The notes under the pieces: model-generated
Databases searched by the model: none
What the model was told of the DNA's origin: nothing
What the model saw: only the letters and a program-made list of their open reading frames with translations
DNA from: the human T2T-CHM13v2.0 reference genome, Homo sapiens
Reading direction: 5' to 3' (one strand)
Assembly: GCF_009914755.1 (NCBI RefSeq)
Contig: NC_060938.1
Length of the DNA: 64,000 nt
Program-made: the position numbers and the translations under genes
Shown here: positions 1 through 13,789 of the stretch, piece after piece
Layout: each line of letters begins with the position of its first letter
Position numbering within the stretch: the first letter of the stretch is position 1

Positions 1-690
1 TAATTTCACTTTGAGGTGTTCACCTAGGAAAAATAAAAACTTATATTCTCAAAATGACTTGTATAAGAATATTCATAGCAGCTTTATTCATAATAGTCAA
101 AAATGGGACTCAGACCAAGGTTTCCATCAATAGGAAAATAGTTAGGTTGATATAGTCATAAAATGGAATAGTAACTAGCAGTAAGAAGGAACAAGCAATC
201 GATACAGCCAAATGGATAAATCTCAAAAACATTATGCAGGAAGAAATAAGACACAGGAGTACCAACTGTATGATCCCAACGATGTGAGGTTAGAGATGAG
301 GCAAAACTAATCTATGGGTGGAAGGGGAAGAGGGGAGCCGGGATTAATTGGAAAGTAACATAAGGAGCTTTCTGGGCGTGATGGTAATGTTCTATATCTT
401 GACAGGGGTTTGGGTTAGAGGTGTCAAATTTGTCAGAGCTCAGTGCATGCACTTAGGATTTGTGCATTTCATTGCATGTAAATTTTATCTTAATAGAAAG
501 TATCAATATTGAGCTGTAGTTAAAAATATGAATACTGAAGTGTTTAGGAGGATGCGTAGTGATGTCTTCACTGTCTGGAGGGATGAATAGATATATGATG
601 AAGCAAACATAGTGAAGCAATGATAGAATTTAGGTGATGTGCAAAAATTAGCTTCGCTGTAGGTTTCAACATTTTTTTAAGTTTGTTGGA
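1..690 (+). mobile_element. Old L1M (L1ME/L1MC-like) 3' region
   Basis: L1 ORF2-end/3'UTR motifs (atattcatagcagctttattcataatag, atggataaatctcaaaaacattatg). Confidence 0.75.
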
Positions 691-3600
691 AAAAACACGT
701 TTTCAAAGAAATTCAGATACATTGTCAAATTAAAAAGCAGGATAGAATGCTGCATGTGTAAGGTGATATAGTTTAGAGAGAGTGAAAAAACACTAAAAGA
801 GAAAAGCCAATGGTTATCTTGGGGTGTTGTGGTAATGTGTGATTTTAAATTCTTTTTATTTTCTACACTTTCTACAATAAATATAAAAGACTTATCAGAA
901 AAAAAAAACTTATCCCATAAGACTTTTAAAATAGTTTCAAGGAGGCAGATTTTAACTTGGAGCATAGAGAAACACTTTCCAATGTCTGGAACTACACGCA
1001 GCTGGAATATATCTCTAAGATGGTAGAAGGTTTTCCGTCTTCCAAGGACCCTGACCCAGGCTGTAAGACCACAAGTAGGAATATCTGAGAGCAGGTTTAA
1101 TCAAGCCATGAGGGGTTTTAGGGTATCCTCAAATTCTGAGATTTGACATGTGAAACAGAAAGTGAAGAAATGAAAAGGCCTCTTGAGTTTTCCTAATCTG
1201 TTCCAAATTCAGTACTACTTTGAAAATAAAAACACTTGGTACTAAAACCAAATTCCTGGTCAAAAACAAACTAAATTTTTTTTTTTTTAAAGCAAAAGCA
1301 CTGATCTGAGATTTCCCCCAGACAGCATACACACAACCTGGTTCGATGTGTAACAGAAAAGTCCTCCTTAACACCCAGAGTTGTTTTAACATCTCAGCTG
1401 TGCTGTAGGTATGGTGGAATAGTAGTGCCACCTCATATTTGCAAAGCGTTTTAGAGGAAGCAGAGCACTTCGACATGTATTATCTAATTCTATGCCGACC
1501 CCGAGACACGCTCTGTAGAGGGAGACAGGATTTCCCAGATACTGCAAAGCTGAAGGCAGTGAGCTTGTTCAGGGGCGCCTGGGCACTGACTCTTCCCCCA
1601 TGTGTGAGGGGTCCTGGTTGGTGCTGCATTTGCCTCAAGAACTAAGAGCTTGAGATTTGTAATCATTTCTTTAAAGAAACATGCAGAGTTAGTTCAAGTA
1701 CATTTTTCTGGCTTTAGTTTCTTTCTCAACCCCTTCAGTGCCCCATCTGGAAGGAATGTTAATGTCAGTGAAATGCCCCATGATGAGCCAAGTGTTCAGG
1801 GAAAAGCTGAGCCATGGTGGGCTGCACTGGGAGAGGTTCTGTCATCCGTGACCACATTATAGTGGCTGTGTGCATTTGAGTGTAGGAGCTTTCCCTGTCG
1901 ATTTGGAATTTATCTCCAGTGATGCACATGGATGCTATTGTCTCTATTTTTCTGTTTTTATTTATTTATTGTAGATGAGGAAACCGAAGTTCAGAGATGA
2001 GGTAGAAGGCCCAGGCCTAGAATGTGTGACCACCAGTGGTTTTGGTGGAGCAGAAATGAAAGCAAAATTTGAGAGTATTCTTCAAATGAGTTCCCAGTGA
2101 AATCTAAAATCTTTAAGTTTGCTAGTTGATATAAAAAAGAAATTAAGAAATACAAATTGGCACTTCAAATTTAAAGTTTTAAACTATTCTGAATGCTGTA
2201 AAGTGTCCCAGGCATTCTGAAAATATTTCCTATGAGGGCAAGACCACATGCATCCAAGTTGAAGCATTAGATGTTCTCTTCCTCACCAATGACAGTGGAG
2301 AGCTTGAAGAGCTACCTCTGGCTTTGGCACTTTTGATTGATGCTTCGTGCAGGCTGAATTTTTTTTTCTTTTGTGTCTGAGACATTCTGGTTACCTGTCC
2401 TGTTCCTAATGAGGGCAAAGGGGAAAATGCATCTAACATAGGCCAACCAAGAGAGTTTAGAGTGATGGTACAAATCCATGACCACTAATCAAACAATGAT
2501 ACAATAAATCACATCAGTTTTGAAAAGCTCCTAATGAAAAACCTGAATGAGATGGAGGCAACAATATATTTCAGTAATCCAAGTCTTTACTTTGAAAAAA
2601 GATACTACTCCAAAGCTTGGAGAATCTTCAACAAAATCATTCAAAGCCAGGACCAGCATAGATGACATTTTTCATTGCATGCCTTCAAAGTTTCAAAAAC
2701 ACAATCCAATATATACATTTCTGTGTTTGGCCAGGTTCTATAAGGTAGAGTAAATCCTGTCTTGGCTGAGCCAAGTTCCCCTCATGTTCCAGCCCTGGAT
2801 CTAAGAGGCCACGTCCACTGCTGGTTCCACAGTCAACAGCAATTCAAACCGTAGCTGCTTCTCCAACTTTTCAGGGTGCTACAGCCTTAACTAAGGACTG
2901 CCAGGATAAAAAAAAAAAAACACAACCCAGAGGAGCAGTGTCATCCCCACTTTTCCAAATATTGAAGCCCAGCACTATCACCCAAAAATCTGCCAAAAAT
3001 CTGCCTTTCCAGGTTGTCTCCAAAACTCTATATGGAGCCTTTGGCTGACTTCAGCTCAAGCCTGGCTGCTGAGTGGGGAGTTGACTGGGAAGGGGACACC
3101 CTACTCCAGAATGTCAGGGCCTTCAGAAGCTTCCCTGCCCTTTTGCATTCACTTGCCCTAAATACTTCAACTCCAGGTTGCCTGAAATTGTTCAATTAGA
3201 GGTTTATTTCTTGAGCTAGGCTTCTGTTAAATATAATACCACTGGGGGAGTTAATAGCAACTTTCAACTCAGTGTGAAGATGTTTATCAGATTCCTTTAT
3301 GAAGAAGGTTGTGACTGAGCAAAAGAACACTTGTTGCCCCTCCAGGAAAGCAGGAAAGCAGAGAGGAGGAGAAAAGATTTCCTGAAGGGGAGGCTGGGAA
3401 TATGGACACTTTCAGATTACACCATTTTTTTCTGGCTGGCCTTGGTCTTAAGCGTTAAAGTGCCCTTCATCCTCATCGTGAAATCTCACCTACTTACCTG
3501 ATAAACTATTCTAATCAAAAGCCACATCAAATTTGTATGTGCCCAATTTTTCTCTATCTTGACCAAATACAGGAAATGAATTACTTCGCAGAGCACAGGG

Positions 3601-4968
3601 AGACCAGCCAAAGCAATTTGCTAGTTGTGCAATTCTGTCCCAGCTCTCGGCTGTATGTATTCAGCAAGGAGTTCAAGAGAAACCTCATTCTTGTTCTCCC
3701 TCTCAAACGCACACACCCGGATTTTTTTTTTTTTGGGGGGGTAGACTTGTGGGCTTTAATTTTGCAATCTCCTCTTTTTGGGAACAAGCAGAAAATAGTA
3801 ACACTCCATTTGTTTTGTGCTTTTTCTTAGTGTTTTGTCCTCATATTAAGAAACAATGGAGCAGACTTAACTACAAAAATATAGAGAATCTCTCCTTTCC
3901 TTGTGTACACACACAGGCTTATAAAAACCATGTGACCATGAATCGGTGGCCCATATAACCCTATTTTTAGCACAGGATAAAAAAACCTAAAGGGCCAGGG
4001 GCAAGACCTAATTTTCCTCAATCACTCAGCTAAGCTATTGATTGGCACAACTTGGAACTAGACTTTTTCTCTTTTATTCTTGTTTACGGAGTTATACTAA
4101 CTGGAAACTCACTATATTTTCTATTTCTGCAGTTGTTTTAAAAGCAACCAAAGTAGGCAGGTATATTACCTTTGCTAAGAGATGGTATGATGTTCTAACT
4201 ATACTTATCACTGAGTTCAAGTACAGGATCTTTATCAAGTCCCTGTGCCGTTTTTAAACTTAACTTCAAAAGCATATGAGGTAGACATGATAGTAAACTG
4301 TAAATGGAATTTAAAGGCAAATTCAATTTTCTTCTTAGAGCTGTCATGAACTTCAATTCTGCTGGCCATATTTCATTTGTCACAGGATCTAAAATGAGTA
4401 CATATTGTGTGCAATTGTGTAATGTAGTTGTCCTAAACTTTAATACATTTACTTTTGAGTGCCATTTACAGATTGTTTCTCTAACACTCACAACCTGAGT
4501 TATTAAAGTTTAAAAGTGTACAAGGCTCTTATGAAGACCCTGTTTATAACTCAAGTACAGAGCACAGGAATTCTTGCTAAATTACCTCCTTTTGCTGCCA
4601 GCCTGGTCTCCTTCATTTCAGACAGGCTACAAATCAAAAGAATTGTATGTTCCTTTTCAATGAAAAGGAGAAATTCTTAAACTCTAGTATTTAGTGAATA
4701 ACTGGTGCTAAAAGGCATGGCTACATTTTTTAAGTGGATCCCTGCTTAGAACACATATGCAATGTTAAGATCTAATTGGAGTGACAAAAGGCACTGAAGA
4801 AGAGAAAGAACAGTAAGTTAGATAATTAGAAGGCTGACCATCCTGAATATATATGCCACTTGGCAGTGACCAATTTAGATTCTATTATTCCTTCAAGGTC
4901 CCTGCAACTGCAGGTCATATTTCCTGAACACAGTTCACAAGGATACAACTCTTCTCTGAAGTCTTTGA

Positions 4969-5278
<310 letters not shown>

Positions 5279-5865
5279 TCTTCTCTAAATTCTTAAAGCA
5301 TCCTTAAAGTGACTGAACTCAAACTTCAGAGATCTGGCCAGTTTGTGGCAGGGTTGGTTCTAGAACCCAGGACTGTTTTCTTACCAGACCCTGCCTCAGT
5401 TCTGGGAGGAGGTGGTCAAATATAGCATGAAGGGAAAACCAGATCTGGAGGGTGAAGAAGGTAAATTCAAAGATGCCTGAGGTTTTGAACTTGAGTGGCT
5501 TACAAAATATGGGGAGCCCACATTAAAGGAAAGGTAATGAGTTTCACATTAAACCTGCTGAGTTTAAAATGATGGCAGAACATCAAATCTATTGGGCCTG
5601 GATAGATCAAGATTCTTGGAATGATAAAGGCTAAAATCTCTGTGAAAAGGGCAGGAATGTGTAGAATGATAGACGTTTTAACCTTGGTGATGTAGGAAGT
5701 TTAAAGCTTGATTCAGTGGTCTAGGTGGTGAGGAACGTTGGCAGATGTGCCGAAGCCTGTAAGAGTGATAGGGGAGGAAGTGCCAAAGACTCTGCTTCCT
5801 CAGTAGCAACTGTGGCCTTTTCATTTGAAGCAATCCTTTCCCACCCAGTCCCACCCTATAAGTCA

Positions 5866-6178
5866 GGTCAAAGGTCAGCAAACTATAGCCCACAGGGCCA
5901 GTTCTGGCTCACTGCCTGTTTTTGGTCAATCCTGAGAGCTAAGAATGTTTCTTTTATTTTTCAGTGGCTGAAAAAAAAATATTCCATGATGTGAAATTTA
6001 AATGAAATTCAAATTTCGGCGTCCATAAAGTTTCACTGGAACACAGTCATACTCATTTATATATTGTGTATAGTTTCTTCACATTACAATAGCAGAGTTG
6101 AGTAGTTGCAACAGAGACCATATGGCCTGCAAAGCCTAAGATATTTACTATGTGGCTCAGAAAAATTTTATTGATCCT
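5866..6178. mobile_element. MER58B-like hAT-Charlie DNA transposon
   Basis: ggtcagcaaactatagccc...gagttgagtagttgcaacagagaccatatggcctgcaaagcctaa. Confidence 0.8.
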
Positions 6179-6394
6179 TGTCTTAGGTCTTTAAAGGTTT
6201 AGGCATCTGAAGATGGCTTCTGATCCTTAGCATTCCCATCTGTTCATCCATTCATCCATGTACCCAGCCAGATAGACATCTAATATTTATCAAATGTGTA
6301 GTATGTGAAGTTCTAAAGAGTTGCAAGACTGAATCCCAGCCCTCAGTACCAGTGTTATATAGCAGAAAGAATGTGGCATTCAATTGGAGATGTA

Positions 6395-6632
6395 TAGGTT
6401 GAATATCCCTTATCTGAAATGCTTGGGACCAGAAGAGTTTCAGATTTCAGATTTTTTTTTTAATTTTGGATTATTTGTATTATACTTACTAGTTGAATAT
6501 CCAAAATCTGAAAATTCAAATTCTGAAATGTACCAATGGGCATTTCCTTTGAGCATCATGCTGGTACTCAAGAAGTTTCAGATCTTAGAGCATTTCAGAT
6601 ATCGGCTTTTTGGATTAGGAATACTCAACCTG
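6395..6632. mobile_element. Tigger4a (MER46A)-like TcMar MITE
   Basis: TIRs aggttgaatatcc / ggaatactcaacctg with TA flanks; gcttgggaccagaag. Confidence 0.85.
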
Positions 6633-6957
6633 TACTTTACTGGGTTGTTGAACACTGAGTTTCTAGTATCCTTAGGTTCCTCCTCAGAGCGGTTTTCCTC
6701 AGGGACCAGCCTGGGGTTGGAAGAGGGATTAGTCTTTAAGATAAGAATAGGACTGAAACTGTAGCTGTCAATCCAGGGGTTGTAGTTAAGTGAAAAAGAA
6801 AGGTTGCTGAGATTGGGAACAAGGCTGAGTTTGAGGGGCTGTGGCTTTTGTCTGGCTGGTCAGGGCTTGTTTCTTCCACTAGGCCCGTACTATGATTTTC
6901 ATGAGCCTCAGGTGCTTTTACCTTTTTGGATACCTTCTTACATTAAAAAAAAAAATA

Positions 6958-7258
6958 GTTTAGGCATGGTGGCTTACATCTGTAATCCCAGCACATTGGG
7001 AGGCTGGGGCCGGAGTATTGCTTGAGCCCAAGATTTTGAGACTAGCCTGGGCAGCATAGTGAGACCCTTTCTCTACAAATAAAATAAATTAAGTAATTAG
7101 GAGTGGTGGCAAACACCTGTAGTCCCAACTACTCAGGAGGCTGAGGCAGAAGGATCTCTTGAGCCCAGGAGTTTGAAGTTACAGTGGGCTATGATCACAC
7201 TACTGCACTTCAGCCTGGGTGAGAGAGTAAGACTCTATCTCTAGGGAAAAAAAAAAAA
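6958..7258 (+). mobile_element. AluJ
   Basis: Dimeric Alu with ttgagcccagg J-type motif and poly(A) tail. Confidence 0.93.
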
Positions 7259-7342
7259 TCATAAAAGCTAAAAATGTTATGACTACATTGCTATCAATAT
7301 AAGCTAGTCTGAGCTCATATTTTTTCTGATTTAAAAAAATTA

Positions 7343-7679
7343 GCAGCCATAAAAAAGGATGAGTTCATGTATTTGTAGGGACATGGATGAAGCTGGAAAC
7401 CATCATTCTCAGCAAACACCGGAACAGAAAGCCAGACACTGCATGTTCTCACTCATAAGTGAGAGTTGAACAATGAGAAAACATGGACACAGGGAGGGGA
7501 ACATCACACACCGGGGCCTGTTGGGGGTGGGTGGGGGGCTGGGGGAGGGATAGCATTAGGAGAAATACCTAATGTAGATGATGGATCGATGGGTGCAGCA
7601 AACCACCATGGCACGTGTATACCTGTGTCACAGACCTGCACGTTCTGCCCATGCATCCCAGAACTTAAAGTATAAATAA
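7343..7679 (+). mobile_element. 5'-truncated L1PA 3' end
   Basis: gcagccataaaaaaggatgagttcatg...ggagggatagcattaggagaaatacctaatgtagatga...agaacttaaagtata. Confidence 0.93.
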
Positions 7680-8694
7680 GAATTAACATTTTTGTGGGCT
7701 TCTAGGAGTATTGTATGCCATAGGCACTGTGCCTACTATGCTTAACTGGATAAGCCTGCCCTGGTTGGAGCTGTAAAATACAGACTTCTGGTGGAGAGGG
7801 ACCCCCTGCAGCTCAGAGACATGGTTCCTGTGCCTGGCAGCTTAGCATAAACCCCTCCCATGAAGTTCTGAGTTACACAGAGTTTCCAGATCTGTGAACT
7901 GCATTAATGTCTCCTGCTTTAGCTTAAGTTCCGTACATGGCTGGCTTCCTTAATAGACTTTATTGTTGTTTAAAAACATCTTTGGTAATAGAGATCATTG
8001 ATGGACTTTATATTAGATAAAGATGATTCTAGGCATCTATTATAATATGTATCGCATGTTCATATATATTGGATGCATCCCTACTGGAGCAGCACAATAT
8101 ACTTTAGACCTAAGATTCTAATAGCTTCACATATGAAGGACAACTTGGTTCTGCACCAAGTACAACCGATGTAGACACTAACCTTGTCCCCTCTCATTTT
8201 CTATATATAATTTTGATATGTACTTTGAAGAACAGAAATCTGAGGCCATTTTTTTAATTATCTGTAGAAAATGCTATCTTTTTATGTGGGGAGAAATGGA
8301 AGGTGGGGAGAGTATTTCTGATATCATTTTTCATTCAAAGCAGTGGCCCTATTTTGGCTGTAATACACTTAGATGGGATCCTCTATCACTCCGCAGCCTG
8401 ATTTGCTGACACTCCAAAACTCTGAAACACACAAATATCTACACTCTGCAGCAAGTGCTGTTGCTGTACCTGCCTCAGCCCACTCTGCCTTAGCCTTGAC
8501 TGTTTATCAGCAGGGAGTGCACTTGCCAAGTCCCTGTGCACCACTGCTAATCTTCTCCCACCTTCCCACTTTGTTTCTGATTGATTTCTTGGAAAGGCAA
8601 TTTCAGGATGTGAACAGTTAAGGAAATATGGAGTTAATGTGGGACAATATTTTGGTTTCCTCTGAAGGTATACCAACCTCAGGGAAATAGATCC

Positions 8695-9235
8695 CTATTA
8701 CACTGTTACCAGGAGTACAAATTATAACCATGGTTTTGAAATACCATTTAGAAATGGTGTTGTAAGCCTTTGAAGTGTAAATGCTTCTTTTGACCACAGT
8801 AATTCTACTTTTAAGAACACACCTTAAGAAAATAATCTTGGACATATGCGAATTGTTTAGTTTGGGGTTGGTGACAGTGAAAATTTAGAAATAGTCTGTA
8901 TGACTAATAGGATACTGATTAAATAAATGCTGTTTCCATAGTAAAATACCATTTAGCCATTAAGATAATGTCGTAGATATCTAAATGCATAGAAAATATG
9001 AAAAATATTGAAAAGTAGAAAGATCTCTGCAAACCAATACAGCATTATCTCAAGTTTGTTTTAAAATTTTAAAAGAATATATGTATATTTATGCATACAA
9101 AAAATATGTAGTACAATATTAATCATTATTATCTCTGGCTGGTGAGATTATGAGTTATTTCATCTTTCCATTGTATTTCTGACTTTCCATATTTTCTACA
9201 ATGTACACTGATGCTTTTATAATCACAAATAAAAA
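8695..9235 (+). mobile_element. Degenerate L1ME fragment
   Basis: tttgaccacagtaattctactttt and typical L1ME 3' tail. Confidence 0.6.
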
Positions 9236-9364
9236 TGATTTACTTTAAAATGCAGCATCTGCACAGAAGTAGAAAGCTGCCAGCTAGGTCTTCAACCCAA
9301 GCCAGAGAGGAGATAGTCATGGTGAAACCCCGTATCTTCCCACTATCTTCTGCATGGTATTTCC

Positions 9365-9720
9365 ATTAGGAGTGCTTTCAGCTATGAGTAACAGAAAGTC
9401 TTAGCAGTTGAATAGTCTGTAGAAATATTAATTTACCTATCACGTCTGGAAGTACGCAATTTCGGGATTGGCCTAGAGATTCAACTGTTATCACTTTCCA
9501 TCTTTTTATTCTGCTGTCCTTAGAGTGTTGGATTTTCATCCACATGCGTGTCCCCACATGGTCTCAAAACGGCTGCACTCTCACTTTCACAATCAAGGCA
9601 ACAGGAAGGAGGAGGGGGCTATACTGGCATGTCTGGAAAGCAAGCCTTTCTGGGGCAAAGGAGAGGGGGCTTGGGTATCACTATTGTATAAGCCAGTCGG
9701 AAATATTGGCCACAGGTGAG
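9365..9720 (-). mobile_element. Degenerate MLT1-type MaLR LTR
   Basis: ctttcagctatgagtaacagaaa...catggtctcaaaacggctgc pattern. Confidence 0.45.
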
Positions 9721-10239
9721 CAGGGCCTATTCTGTTGAGACGTATCATAGGCTGATTATTATTTTTCTCATTCCAGCTTCATTAGGCTTATAGTTAGGAA
9801 AAATTCTTCCACCATTCTGGCAGAGTTGTTAGTTTTAGTCGGTGTGAGGTTTTCTTTCTCTGTCTTTAGGGGAGTTGGGAGTGGATACATCAGAGGGTAC
9901 CATGCAGAAGACACTTGAAACGGAGTTCCTTGATTTTCAAACATTCACATCCTTTATTTCATATAAGAATGTGAGGTAAGTATATATGGTTAATAAGTAT
10001 GAAGCTATTCTGTGAATTTTATATATGATGAAATTGAGAACAAGAGACTATTAATAAATGATAAAGAAGACAGGTGACCACAAGTCAGGATATATTTGTG
10101 ATGCCCAAAGATAACTAGCAATGAGCTAGGCACAGCACAGCAAGTTCTTAGTACTTGTTCCAGGTCAGACCTGTTACTATTGAGTTTGATTCTATTATCT
10201 AGTCTAAGAGTAAAAAAGCATTTAAGAAGTAAAAGACAG

Positions 10240-10465
10240 AGTATCCAGAACACATTTTGGGAATCCAAGAGCTTTGATTTCACTGTGGATATAACCATCT
10301 CAACCCCTGCCTTTCTCTTGTGTGAATATTCCCTTAAGTAATTTAACCTTATTTCCCTATCTGTAAAATGGGAATTATTTTGTATACAGTTTGCCTTGCT
10401 AAGAGTTATTTGAATTAATTTGTTAATGTGCATAAAAGGCTTTTTGAGATGAAAAGTGCTAGGCA
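10240..10465 (+). mobile_element. MIR
   Basis: tttccctatctgtaaaatggga core. Confidence 0.7.
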
Positions 10466-11926
10466 TTGCTATTCGTTCTTCTAATGATGTATTTAGTGTA
10501 TAATGGTTAAGCCTCTGAAACAAAACACTGATAAAAGGTTGAAATTCTCTAATAGGCATCACTTAGCTGATGATGTTGCTAGCTAAATGGCCATGAGTCT
10601 ATTTTAGTATTCTCTCAAGTGAAATTAATTCAGAAAATAAAAATTAAATGAGTTTCACTTAGAAGTGTACTAAATTTAGTGATAGAGTTTACCTGACCAG
10701 CAGGTTTTGAATATTCAAGCAGCAAGATTTTACATTGTGTCAGTATCACCTTTGCTGTATTATTTAATTCATTCTAGCTTTATAATCCTTATTGCTTTCC
10801 CATTATTTCCTACCAATAACTATTATTGAATAAATTATTCTTCATATGTGTTGCTAGATTTTTCAACCAATGCTTCAACATTTATGAACTGCCTGTCTGC
10901 ACAATATAAACCCCTTTATCATGCTTATCGTTACATATGGCAATGAAATTTTTCCCAGTAGTTTCGTATGTATATATTTCCTCCCTAACTGCAAGAACAG
11001 AAACTACCTCCTTTATGTTCTTTGTAAGTCAGAAACTTATTAATTTAACAAACATAATATAGCCTTCTATGTTTATATAAACAGACAAAAAATTAACATT
11101 ACACCAATATCTTAATATCATTTTCAAAGCATTTTTAACCTATTCATTTGATCTTCACTAGGGTGTTATTCCTATTAAAAAATCTACATTGTGTATATGT
11201 ATACAGTTTTTTCCTTGCCAAATGGAAAAAAATTCTAACCAATTATGATTTGTAAGGCCTTTAGAGAAACATGAAATATTTTCATAATGTTACTTTCATT
11301 TTTTTCCCATGCTTAAAATAACAAGATAAGAATATTTGGGAGAAAGCAGGCCAGAGAGATTAAAGGATATGCCTAAAGTTGTATGCTATTTGGTAAACAG
11401 AATGAGACCAGAACTTCAGGAAAGTCATTCTACATCAGTACAAATATTGGAGGTGGACATTCTTCTTCAGTGGAAAAGCAGCCTGGAGGAACCAAATAGT
11501 CTTTTAAAAAAACACTTTTTCAAGTGCAGGAAATCATCTTATCAGTGACCATGGAGCAGCCCCCAAGCCAAGCATGATCTCTTTATAAAAATAACCAAGG
11601 CCTACTCCCTACTCTTCAGTGGCTTTGTGACTTGTAGGTGAGACACACACTTACATAAGTTCCTGCAAATCAATGGAGACTGTCCTTTGGGAAATCTGAT
11701 AAAACCACATTTCACTGTGCCTGTTCAGCCTGTGGGAGTGGGGATGGAAGCAGGAAGTGGGAAGAAGAAAACTTTTAAGGAGAGTAAATCATATCAATGA
11801 ATAGAAATAAAAAGACACCAATAACTTTATGTAAAACTAATTAGCACTTATTTCATTAGACTGTAATTATCTGAGTGTCTGTCATTACCACCAAACACTG
11901 AGCTCCTCATTGCCATAAACCATTTT

Positions 11927-12373
11927 GTGGCAGACACTGCTATTTGGACACTGAAATTCATTCTCTCATTCCTGCTTAGCCCCACAAGCCTGACTTTTGG
12001 TTAGATAAGTGGCACCAGAATAAAGTCTATGTCTCCCAGCCTTTCTTGCAGCTAGGTATGTGACTGAGTTCTGACAAATAGGATATGAGCAGAATTGCTG
12101 AGAGTTCTGAGAAAAACTCCTTTAATCTTTCATCCTGCTGCCTGCGATACAGGTGGCAGCTGATGTTTCAACTGTCTTGGACTGTGAGATAGCCTTGAGG
12201 GTGAAAACCAAAATAGGAGAGAAAGGACTCTGGGGTTTTTTGATAATTCTTTGGAATCATCCCCTGAGCTGACTTCAGTCTTAATTTACACAAAAGAATA
12301 AACCTGAGTGTATTTAAGCCGCACAGTTAAGTTTCTGTCAATAGTGGCTGAAACAAAGCCTCACCAATATACA
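11927..12373 (+). mobile_element. MLT1 (MLT1I/J-like) LTR
   Basis: tgtggcagacac start, cttgcagctaggtatgtgactgagttctg, aataaa then tttaagcc, ...aca end. Confidence 0.7.
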
Positions 12374-12822
12374 TCACATCTGTGTATTCCCAACAGACAG
12401 TATGGTGCCTACATTGGTAGTTGCTCAAATTATTTGCACTTTAAATTTAATTATTTAAACCTTCCTTATTTTAAAAAGAATTAAAGACAGGATGCTAAAT
12501 AAATGGCTGCAACAGTTGAAATTACACCAGTTACCAGGAAGAAGATAAAGACCAAATCAGGAAAACAAACACAAGAATGAAAAATCAGTCCTCAAGATAT
12601 AAAATCATAGAAATTACACACAGAAATGTAAAGGCGACATTACTCTTTTGCTAAGGAATAAAATCTGGCAACATGATTTTAAAAGTATCTTAAGACAGAA
12701 AACAAAATAAAAAATTGTGAGTAAATAATTGGCTCTACATATGAGTTGCTAATACATTAAAGGACAAAAATCAAACTCAAAATGATAGTTGAGAATTGAT
12801 CTATATCAAAGCGGGGAAGGGT

Positions 12823-13160
12823 TGAGTAATTTATAAAGGAAAGAGGTTTAATTGACTCACAATTCAGCATAGCTAGGGAGGCCTCAGGAAACTTACAGTC
12901 ATGGCAGAAGGTGAAGAGGAAGCAAGGCATCTTTTTCACAAGGCAGCAGGAAGGAGAAATGCCCAGAAAAGGGGTGGAAAGCCCCTTATAAAACCATCAG
13001 ATCTCGTGAGAACTCACTCACCATCATGAGAACAGCCTGGGGGAAATGGTCCCCCAGAATTCAATTACCTCCACCTGGTCTCTCCCTTGACATGTGGGAA
13101 TTATGAGGATTATGGGGATTACAAGTCAAGATGAGATTTGGGTGGGGACACAAAGCCTCA
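12823..13160 (-). mobile_element. THE1C/D-type MaLR LTR (partial)
   Basis: gaggtttaattgactcaca...gaggcctcaggaaacttacagtcatggcagaagg...gatgagatttgggtggggacaca. Confidence 0.9.
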
Positions 13161-13214
13161 CTCAGGAAATCATGCGCAAAATAGGTGCTGGTAACTATGA
13201 TTTATTCAACAATC

Positions 13215-13405
13215 ACTGACAGCAATTCTTCTGTGCCGGGCACTGTTCTAAACACTTATAAATATTAACTCACTGAATCCTCATTATAACCTTATGAGGT
13301 AGCTATTGTTGTTATGCCCATTTTTTAGATGGGAAACTGAAGCCCCAGAGTGATCATATTACTTGCCCATGATCACATAGTAGGTGGGGGAGCAGGATTT
13401 TACCC
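13215..13405 (-). mobile_element. MIR
   Basis: cccattttttagatgggaaactgaagc...acttgcccatgatcacatag. Confidence 0.8.
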
Positions 13406-13789
13406 AAAGACCAACGTTTTTAAGATGAAAAGTGTTGGGCATTATTATTAGTTCTTCTAAAGTATACTTTAGGGCATAGCATACTGATGGGCAGACCAGC
13501 TTCTTGGCTCCTTTAAATCTACTTCACATTTTGAAATTATGGAGAAAGAAAGAGAATCTGGAAAGGACCCAGAAATAGGTTAAAAGAAAAGTCATAGGAT
13601 GAAAAAATGGATCCCTGAGTAAAACGCAAAGTTGCTGTGTTTTAGAGAAGAGAAGATACCAATGAATTTTAACCTCCAGTGAGAGTGTGGTCAGAGGAAG
13701 GACAGAACTGCTTGATTGTGATAGCTATAAAGGAAGGTGTTGGAATCCGTGATCCTGATGGTTCTTAAAATAAGGATAGATGATGTAAA

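Larger units (their letters stand above)
6880..7763 (-). mobile_element. ORSL-like hAT DNA transposon split into three pieces by Alu and L1 insertions
   Basis: Ends aggcccgtactatgattttcatgagcc and taggcactgtgcctactatgcttaactggataagcctgccctg, with a middle piece at ~7260-7342. Confidence 0.65.

Noticed and set aside
6384-6764. 126-aa ORF
   Set aside because: Derived from a non-autonomous Tigger4a-like element; no transposase motifs.
7513-7549. G-quadruplex-like G-run cluster
   Set aside because: Standard L1PA 3' UTR G-rich tract found genome-wide.
10005-10562. Longest ORF in the track (185 aa, minus strand)
   Set aside because: Runs through a MIR, starts at a non-ATG codon and has no recognisable domain; most likely chance.
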